Shown: piece after piece, positions 54,779 to 64,000 of the stretch
Layout: every line of letters starts with the position of its first letter
Numbering within the stretch: position 1 is the stretch's first letter
Source of the DNA: Octopus vulgaris
Lineage: Eukaryota
Direction of reading: 5' to 3'
Length of the DNA stretch: 64,000 nt
Assembly: GCA_951406725.2 (NCBI GenBank)
Contig: OX597815.1
Coordinates: 48,174,001 to 48,238,000 of the forward strand
Translations under genes and position numbers: made by a program
Notes under the pieces: generated by a model
Told to the model about the DNA's origin: nothing
The model's database searches: none
What the model saw: only the letters and a program-made list of their open reading frames with translations

Positions 54779-56677
54779 TGAACCTTGTTGTGTGTGACCA
54801 ATTGATGCACTTACTGTTGAACTGATGTCTTTTCTTCTTTCTTCCTCTTTTACATGTTTTGCTCATGTTTGTGTTGCCTTTGGTTTTAGATTTGTATTCT
54901 AATGTGGTTTTATATTATATATGTATCATATACACATGTTATATAAGTACAGGTGTGGCTGTGTGGTAAGACGCTTGCTTCCCAACCACATGGCTCTGGG
55001 TTCAGTCCCACTGTGTGGCACCTTGGGCAAGTGTCTTCTAATATAACCTCAGGTCAACCAAAGCCCTGTGAGTGGATTTGGCAGAGAAAACTGAAAGAAG
55101 CTCGTGGTATATATGTGTGTGTGTGTGTGTGTTTGTCAGTGTGTGTCTTTGTGTCTGTGTTTGTTCCCCTAGCCATCACTTTACAAGTAATGTTGATGTC
55201 CGTACATCCCCATAACTTAATGATTTGACAAAAAGAGATTGATAGAATAAGTACCAGGCTTACAAAGAATAAGTCCTGGGGTTGATTTCTTCAACGAAAA
55301 GGCAGTGTCCAGTATGGCTGCACTCAAATGACTGACACAAGTAAAAGAATAAAAGAAAGACTGTAATCATTAAATTCAAATCTTAATTTTCATGGAATAT
55401 TTATAAAATAAAACTGAAAATAATAAAAATAAAATGCACCCTTTTAAAGCCTAGCCAGGCTCACAGGCCCGGTTTCCCGGTTTTTATGTTGTATGTGTTC
55501 CCAGTTGGACGGAACACCAGTCCATCGCAGCGTTACTCATTTTTGCCAGCTGAGTGGAGTGGAGCAACATGAAATGATGTGTTTTGCTCAAGAGCACAAC
55601 GCGTTGCCCGGTCCAGGAATCAAAACCACAATCTTATGATCATGATGCTGACACCCTAACCACTAAGCCACGTGCCTCCACAAAACTGAAAATAGATTAA
55701 AGAAAACCAAAACATTTTCGAAATTTTAAATATTTCCCATTCTCTGTATAATTATTTTATTGAAACATTTGAGATTAGTGATTCAATGTCATTTGAAAAA
55801 CATCATCTGCTGCTCTTCTAAATGAAATTCATGCTTAACATAATGTTGTGTGTTGGAAAGTCTAATGACGGTTGTTTCTGATAGGACCCAGTGGAGGAGG
55901 TGCCCGAACACTCTCATGAGTCTCTACTCCCAAAACCCTCCCAGGAATAGTGAGTAGAGAAGATGCATGGATGTGCATGTGTCAGAGAAAGAGAGAGTTA
56001 TTAAGTGAACAAGTAGTTTAGTGGGTGTGCATGAGCAGACGAAAGGGATTAGGTAAATATGTGAAAGCATGTCAGTGAATGAGCAAATATGAACAAACGA
56101 ATGTGAGAAAGCGATTATCAATATCTGAATGTGGAAGAAAAAATGCGAATGAGAATCAATAAATGAATGTGGGTGAACATGAATGAGTGAATAGGGAAGG
56201 GGAGAAATACAAAGACACACACACACATATATACATACATAAATATATCTATCTATCTATCTATCTATATATATATATATATTGGATGAAATGTATAAGT
56301 ATTTTAATGCATTGCTATGTGTGTTTCCACAGTTCATATGTTTCTTAAGATCATAGTCTGTATTCCTGAGATGTTTACAGTGTAGTCAGCAGTATCCATG
56401 GACTTCAGGTATATCATGTTCATGCATTCATTTCTTTGATCTTAGGAAACATGTGCTTCATGGAAACAAATGTAGTAATGCATTAAAATATTTAAAAATT
56501 CCATCCAAGGATTATCATTTTTATTTTATCCTACATTATATCGGCATAGCTCAGTACAACCCCCCAAAAAACTGGTACTGCCAAATGGCATCATTAGGCT
56601 GTAACTGGCATAATAGAACAGGAGCTTTTAAATGCATATTCAAAATGTTTCCCATAAACGAACTTAAAGGACATATT

Positions 56678-56720
<43 letters not shown>

Positions 56721-56975
56721 ATAGAAGGTTGAAAAAGAACACACGAGTTGATATATATATATTGAAAAAAAGTCAAGGTAGAAAATGCTAAAATAACTTT
56801 ATAAAAATCATTAGATTTCTTCAACTATAAACATGGAAAACAATTAAATTTTGGAAAAATTAAATGGAAAGTTTTTTAAAACAATATTTGCATAGTATTC
56901 AAATACAAGGGGCATTTTCTTTGTTTCTGCCTGTCTCTGTCTCTCTTGTTTACTCTAGTGGGTTTACTACCTTGA

Positions 56976-57021
<46 letters not shown>

Positions 57022-58547
57022 CACAACTTTGTCCTATCTTGCAAAGCACTAGGTGACACCACCAGCACTAATGTACCCAGTACATACTGTAAAATAGTTG
57101 GCATTAGGAAGGACATTCACCTATAGAAACTATGCCAAAACAGGCAAAAGAGCTTGGCATAACTCTCCTGCTTGCTAGCTATTGTTAAAGTGTCCAACCC
57201 ATGCCGGCATGGAAAACGGAATCTAAATGATGAGGAGGAAGACAACAGGCTTCCACATAGTTTCTGTCTATTAAATTCCCTCATAAGGCATTGGTTGACC
57301 GAGGGTTAAAAGATTAAAAGAATCTTTTATTGTTTTTAGGTTTACATTAACTTTCTATGCTGATTCCACCCTTTATATGAAACCCTAGTCAGGGTTAACA
57401 CACGCAGCTCTACAGAATAAGGACCTGAAACTAAGATAAGCTCACCACATCTTCACATCAGTTATAGCAAAAAATATATAAGAAGAAAGAAATAAAACAC
57501 GAAATTAAAAAAGCAGAAAAATGAAAAATGAAAATACGCATAATTGCGGTGTCTATATATTTAATTTTATGACTAATTAAAACTAGCAATATTTTGGATC
57601 TTCGTGGATAATAAGTGGTAAATATGCAATGAGTCGATTCATCCACTTGACATACAAATTTTTGTTTAGTGTTTTTTTACTTCTATTTTGATTGCCAGAA
57701 AACTAATTATCTGTTAAATACTAAATTACACATTTAAATATCAGTAACAAACCAATAATTAAATTAGAAAAATAAAAATAAATAAATGAGCTAATATACA
57801 TATTTACTAATTGCAGAAAATGTGTAAAATTGCATTTAAAACTTGAGAGCATTTTAGCTTTTAAAACAAAATATTTCTCCTAAAATCTAAATAACTAATT
57901 TTACTGTTTGTTCTTTTCTTTTTGCTTTGTTTTATTTTTATAATATTTATTTATTTTAAGAAGCAAGTACACAAAATGGTGATAGATAGATAGATAGATA
58001 GATAGACAGACAGTTAATGAGAAAGGGAAGGAGAAAAAGAGCTATGTATTTCTTTTCTTAAGCAGGAACTTAGGGTAAGCTACTAGACTTAATAACCTAT
58101 TTAGAAAATAATGTATAATATTATCAAGAAATTGGAAATTAGAACTATTTTTGAATACTTTGAGTTTCAAAATAAAATTACAGCATGATCAGTTTCAGCA
58201 TTTAGAGACGCAGGTGTGGCAAGAGGTGTAGGTGTGGTAGTGTGGTTAAGAAACATGCTTTGAGCCATGTGGTCTTGGGTTCAATTCCATGGCATGGCAC
58301 CTCAGGCAAGTGTATTTTACTATAGCCACAAGACAACCAAAACCTTGCGAGTGGATTTGGTAGATGGAAACTGAAAGAAGACTTTATGTGTGTGTGTGTG
58401 TGTGTGTATAGATATATATATGCATGTAATCGTGAGTTCAATCCCACTATATTGCATCTCAGGCAAGAGTCTTTTACTATAGCCCTGAGACAACCAAAGC
58501 CTTGTGAGTGGATTTGGTAGCTGGAAACTATAAGAAGCCTGTGTGTA

Positions 58548-58577
<30 letters not shown>

Positions 58578-58578
<1 letters not shown>

Positions 58579-58924
58579 CATCATCATCATCATCGTTTAA
58601 ACGTCTACTTTCCATGCTAGCATGGGTTGGACAATTTGACTGAGGTCTGTCAAACCAGATGGCTGCACCAGGCTCCAATCTGATCTGGCAGAGTTTCTAC
58701 AGCTGGATGCCCTTTCTAATGCCAACCACTTCGAGAGTGTAGTGGGTGCTTTTACGTGCCACCGGTATGAGGGCCAGTCAGGCAGTACTGGCAATGGCCA
58801 CGCTCAAATGGTGCCTTTCATGTGCCACCTGCACAGGAGCCAGTCCAGCAGCACTAGCAATGACCTCGCTCGAATGTCTTTCCGCGTGCCATCAGCACAA
58901 GTACCAGTAAGGCAATGCAGGTAA

Positions 58925-58925
<1 letters not shown>
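58578..58925 (-). mobile_element. RTE 3'-UTR-derived retroposon
   Basis: (cat)n gtttaaacgtctactttccatgctagcatgggttggac...gctggatgccctt; same family as 13838-14052. Confidence 0.8.
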
Positions 58926-58965
<40 letters not shown>

Positions 58966-59322
58966 TGCATAGACTGCGGCCATACTGGGGCACCACCTTG
59001 AAGAATTTTCAGTTGAATGTGTTGACCTCAGTATTCATTTTGTAAAGCCTGGTACTTTTTCTTTTGGCCACTTTTACCAAACCACTAAGTTACGGGTATG
59101 TAAACATACCATGAGATGGTGGGGAACAAACACAGACACCAACAAACACTAACAAATACACACACGACAGGCTTCTTTCAGTTTCTGTTTATCAAATCCA
59201 CTCACATGGTTTTAGTGGCCCAAAACTATAATAGAAGACACTTGCCCACAGTGCCATGCTGTGATGATTAATTACAGCCAAAAAACACTTCTTAACAGCA
59301 CATATGTAGAAAAATTTCTTAC

Positions 59323-59454
59323 CGTTCCCACATCAAATTCTTATTTTGAAGTTTGAAATATGCAAGTTCATTCCAAACTGCATCACTGTCTTCTTGCTGG
59401 AGGTCCTTTGGTCTTGCTCTCTTATGAACATGATGAACTGCTTGCTCAAGATTC
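59323..59454 (-). CDS. CNTLN: Centlein-like coiled-coil protein, internal exon (132 nt, phase 2/2)
   Basis: Minus strand reads tgtag|G AAT CTT GAG...TGG GAA CG|gtaaga and translates NLEQAVHHVHKRARPKDLQQEDSDAVWNELAYFKLQNKNLMWER. QEDSDAVWNELAYFK matches my recollection of vertebrate centlein (no database search run). Confidence 0.88.
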
Positions 59455-60040
59455 CTACAATGAGAAAACATTGTTTATTTACATTTGCTTTTCAACTTCA
59501 TAAACTATACTTGAAGAACTAGAGTAGCACTCAACTCCATAAAGTAAGCATATATATTTACACACACACAACAGGCCTCTCATTGTTTCCAGTTATCAAA
59601 TTAATTCACAAGGAATTGGTCAGCCTAGGGTAATAGCAGAAAACACTTACCCAAGGTGCTGCACTCAAAACCATATGATTGCAAAAAGAACTTCACAGCC
59701 TTACCTGTGCTTAATGCTATTTTTATATAAAAATAGTGGACCATGAAAACATTCTTCAAAACACAACCTGTAAGGACACCATACTTTGTTATACTACCAT
59801 AATATACTACAAAGTATATTAAACATTTTTTATAAGTCAGTACCGTGTTCTACTGTGTTAGCAGTGCTATTGCAGCACAAGGTTATCCCTACTAATTTTC
59901 TCTAGAAATTATAGCCAGTACTGATTTCATTATGGTGTTTTGTATCCAAGATGCCTAATGTAAACAACAATGAGATTGAAGATGAAAAATAGGTAATGAG
60001 CAGATATGCCATATTTCAAGTCATTAATATTTACATACCA

Positions 60041-60495
60041 ATGGCAAGCTGGCAGAATCGTTAGCACGCCGGATGAAATGCTTAGCGGTATTTTGCCTGC
60101 CGATATGTTCTGAGTTCACATTCCGCTGAGGTCGACTTGCCTTTCATCCTTTTGGGGTCGATTAAATAAGTACCAGTTACGCACTGGGGTCAATGTAATT
60201 GACTTAATGCCTTTGTTCGTCCTTGTTTATCCCCTCTATGTTAACCCTTTCGTTACTAACCTGGCTGAAACCAGCTCTGGCTCTGAGTACAAATGTCTTG
60301 TTTTCATAAGTTTTGAATTCAAATCTTCCACCAAATCTTAGTCACAATATATGCTCCTAACACTAGCTCAATGATAACTAAGTTATTTTACTAAATTCTT
60401 TGTTATATTTAAAGTAATTGAAAGAAACACAGAACATCTCAAAATAAATACGATAATGAAAGGGTTAAGCCCCCTGTGGGCAATAAAGAAATATA
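60041..60495 (+). mobile_element. Nin-core tRNA SINE with 16-bp TSD, interrupted by a MITE
   Basis: TSD taatatttacatacca at 60025-60040 and 60496-60511; the body matches 1420-1638. Confidence 0.9.
60245..60464. mobile_element. piggyBac-type MITE
   Basis: TTAA|ccctttcgttac ... ataatgaaaggg|TTAA. Confidence 0.8.
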
Positions 60496-60617
60496 TAATA
60501 TTTACATACCAGCTTCCAAGAATGGGTTTAATTTGTAAAATTGGTACATTCAATAACACTATACAGCTATATTTAGTGGCTATTTAAGCAATGATTTTAT
60601 GGATGGTTAATGGGTTG

Positions 60618-60670
60618 GATGGATGCTGATGAAGGAGCAAAACTCCCGAAATATGGCATATATGTCCATT
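60618..60670 (+). ncRNA. Minimal type I hammerhead ribozyme motif (Penelope-like type)
   Basis: gatggatg-CTGATGA-aggag caaaa ctccc-GAAA-tatg g cata-TA^-tgtccatt; both core boxes and all three stems can be drawn. Confidence 0.6.
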
Positions 60671-61396
60671 ACCTATTTTTCATCTTTGACCCCATTGTTG
60701 TTTACATTAGGTATCTCAGATATGGAAAGTAACAAAATTAGTACTGGCTATACTTTCTATAGAAAATCTATAGAGATTTCCTTAATAACCTGTGTTTTAA
60801 TCTCAGCTGTGCTTTTGATATCATATTTTCTAGCGAATAAGTTGAATTTTCAGGCGAAGGTTTACAGCTAAAAAAAAAAAAAAAAAAAAGGTAGGTGGAC
60901 TTTAGAGAACCAAAAGTTCCATGTGAAATGCAGAAGATTTGGAAAGACTGACAGTATTTGAATGTTTACACATGTTCATATTATATAACACATCGACTTG
61001 CATGCCAGAAAGCATGGTGTCTATTAATGATAGTTTATGACTTGAGTTTTCCCATTTTCCCATGTTTAAAAATTTCACATTGTTTGGAAAGAAAATGGCA
61101 CAAATGGTTAAAGTTATGAATTCACTGCAAGGGTTCTAATATAAAAGATATTAGACATTATAAGCGCTAATTTGAGAGAGGAACATGACCATTGATAGGA
61201 CTAGACCATGTGTTGATTGAGTACTGAGCACCTGTGTAAGGAACTAAAGTGATCTCTTGTGTAACTGATAATGCAGTTACCTGTCTAGAGACAGATGCAT
61301 GAGTCAAGCTTTATCAGTTGGCATGCTGCTCTGATCTACCTCAGACTGGTGCTTATGATGAAAGTTAGTTTTACATTAACTAGAAAAAATAAAGTA

Positions 61397-61962
61397 TTGG
61401 GTTGTCTGGAAAGTTTGTGTTGATTTATAATAGCTTACCTTTCAACTTATTTTAGAACATGGTTGAGTTCATAAAATAGGATTTGATTATACCTCCATTT
61501 AGAGCATAGTTTAAGCTAACTTTTCGTGGAAGAAGGTTTATGTTCCTATAACCTGTGTTAATTCTGTAACCCCTTAAAATGGAAGATAAGAAAGTTCATT
61601 TTCGGCACTTGATGCTTTGGGAACCAGACGAAAATTGCTGCAGCTCGGCTAGGATGTGTTACCCCATCCTCCATATTCACCAGATATTGCTCCTTTGGAT
61701 TTCCACTTATTCAGGTCTCTGCAGAATAGTCTTAATGGTAAAAATTTCAATTCCTTGGATGACGTAAAAAGATACCTTGATGAATTCTTTGCCATGAAAC
61801 CACCTCAATTCTGGGAAGAGGGTATTTTCAAGTTAAAGGAAAGATGGAGACACATTGTGCAACAAAATGGTTCATATTTGGTTGATTAAAAATGTAATGG
61901 TAAGTATTTATTGATCTTTTTCTTTCCTTTAAAAATCGGCACAAACTTTCCAGACAACCCAG
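61397..61962 (+). mobile_element. Internally deleted mariner element
   Basis: TA-flanked TIRs ttgggttgtctggaaagtttgtg / cacaaactttccagacaacccag. MEDKKVHFRHLMLWE is joined to LPHPPYSPDIAPLDFHLFRSLQNSL...WRHIVQQNGSY. Confidence 0.92.
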
Positions 61963-62699
61963 TATTTTTTAGTTAGATAATCTAGTTGGTTTTTGAATAA
62001 ATAAATAAAAATCTAGGAGAATATTCTAAGGGATGAAGATCAGAAGATAATGAAGAGATTTTCCATATATATATGAGTGCCCCCACAGTTTGCGGAATAA
62101 TCTGAGTAACATGAAGATGTGCATTTTTTTCTTGTACAGCACAATTTTTTCCAGTTAACCTAAAAGGATGGTCAGTCTTTCTACAGAACCAAGTAAGTCA
62201 AGCTGCTGACAATTATCGTTAGCCCTAGCATAGTTCAGATTAATCAAAGGCATTCCAAATATGAGCATCCCGACCATGTCTTATTGAGGTACAGTGTAAT
62301 CTTGACTACATTATACAAGGAGTCCTTTACTAAGGTGATAGCATGTGATACAAGGAAATTTGGCTGCTAATTTTAGTAGGTCTAATGACAATATAAAAGC
62401 TCTCTCGTCAGAGATCTCATTAGTGATTAGATAGTTGTTATAGCTGAAATTTATATGACCAGGTTTATGTAGTGAGATACTAATAAATGAAAAAGAAAAA
62501 AACATTTCTTAGAGTGAAGACTTGCTTTTGACAATAGCTTTTACTGATTTTCTAGCACATACCTATTGGTTACAATGCTTAGCATTACAATGATTACCCA
62601 GTTTTATTACAAGCCATCAACCTTGCAAATATTTATATGTTCTCTCTGATTATTGCTTGACATTCTAGCGAGCACACAGTTTCTGAAATTAGACACTTT

Positions 62700-63000
62700 A
62701 CAGAGTAGTTGCAAATCTTGATGTGTGGATGAAATGGATTGTAGCAGTTTTGTTGTCGTATATGGAACAATGCTTGTTAAATGAGCTTTACACTAAATCA
62801 TTATCAGATGCAAACTAGCACATATGCGAAACTGCTGTCACCACCCAAAAATATTTGGAAGTGTCAAATATATATGTTTTCTCAGATACAGAATATATCC
62901 TGCCATAAAGCTCTTGAATACTTTACATTGCTTCAGTAGCACTGTATCCTTTATTGAACTTATGAAGTATTACATTTGCAGTGCATTCTAAGAGAAACAT
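62700..63000 (-). mobile_element. Very old mariner N-terminal remnant
   Basis: VILHKFNKGYSATEAM*SIQELYG resembles the start of a mariner HTH; many stops. Confidence 0.5.
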
Positions 63001-64000
63001 GTTACTGACAGCTTTGTACCAAGCAACGTCAAAACTTAATATAGTACGGTGAGATGGTATGAAACAAGACAAGGTAGTTCTCCTCTGAAGTATTATCTTT
63101 GAAACGTTTAACATTTCTGTCTTGAAAAACATCCTGAGACAGTTTCTCTATTTTGAAAATCATGCTGAAAATTTCTTGGCTGTGGCTGTGTAGTAAGAAG
63201 TTCCCCTCCCAGCCACATAGTTGCAGGTTTAGTCTCACAGCATGGCACTTTGAGCAAGTGTTTACTACTATAGCCTTGGGCCAACCAAGGCCTTGTGAAT
63301 GGAACTGGTAGATGGAAATTGAAAGAATCTCATTGTATATAAATATTATCATCATCATCATCTTTCAACATCCATTCTCCAAATTGGCATGGGTTGGATC
63401 GTTTGACAACAGGAGTCAGCCAGCTGGAGAGCAGCCCAGGCTCCATTTGTCTGCCTTGGCATGATTTCTATGACTGGATGCCCTTTCTAATGCCAACCAG
63501 AGTGTACTGGGTGCCTTTATGTGGTACTGGCACCAGTATAGGCGCTTTTACATGGCACTGGCCTGGGTGCTTTTGTACATATATATATACGTGTGTGTGT
63601 GTGTGTGTGTGCATGTGTGTCTTTGTGTTTGTCCCTCACTACTGCTTGACAAATGGTGTTGGTTTGTTCACAGTGTTAGCAATATAGCATAAGAGACAGA
63701 TGGAATACATATCAGGTTTAAAAACAAGAAAGTACTGGGGTTGATTTGTTTAACTAAAATCCTTCAAACTGGTTCCCCAGCACAACTGCAGTCCAATGAC
63801 TGAAGCAAGTAATAAGTAAAAGGATAAATTTGATAAATATCCTTAATCATGACAAAGTCAAAATTATGAGAATAGTTATTAAATAATTACAAATTTAATT
63901 GATTCCACAACAAAATTTGGTTTTAAAACATTTCTTAAAAAGAAAAAAAAAATTCTGTTAGAATTTTTTTTCCTTTTTGGCTGAACACATGCAGACAGGT

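Noticed and set aside
62923-63135. Candidate upstream centlein exon
   Set aside because: The translation resembles a decayed mariner HTH rather than a coiled coil, so the previous exon probably lies beyond the window.

Overview
AT-rich, microsatellite- and transposon-dense animal DNA. The SINE and RTE-LINE families look like those of Octopus (inference from repeat families). Four short minus-strand exons (59323-59454, 42074-42174, 12623-12702, 6719-6807) have canonical AG/GT borders and matching phases. They splice into one coiled-coil reading frame containing QEDSDAVWNELAYFK, which I recognise from centlein (CNTLN). The gene enters from beyond 64000 and probably continues below 6719. The introns between these exons (17 kb, 29 kb, 6 kb) and the flanking intronic DNA contain tRNA-derived SINEs, RTE LINE fragments, Tc1/mariner, Helitron, hAT and piggyBac-type non-autonomous elements, Penelope-like remnants and simple repeats. 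Almost all ORF-track entries are microsatellite or TE artefacts. The most notable items are a nearly intact minimal type I hammerhead ribozyme motif (60618-60670), several large fold-back structures, an inverted pair of RTE LINEs straddling a frame-shifting exon, an orphan 71-aa intronic ORF and a CpG-retaining unique segment inside the 29-kb intron. I cannot firmly establish a wholly new biological system from sequence alone. Many TE boundaries are approximate.
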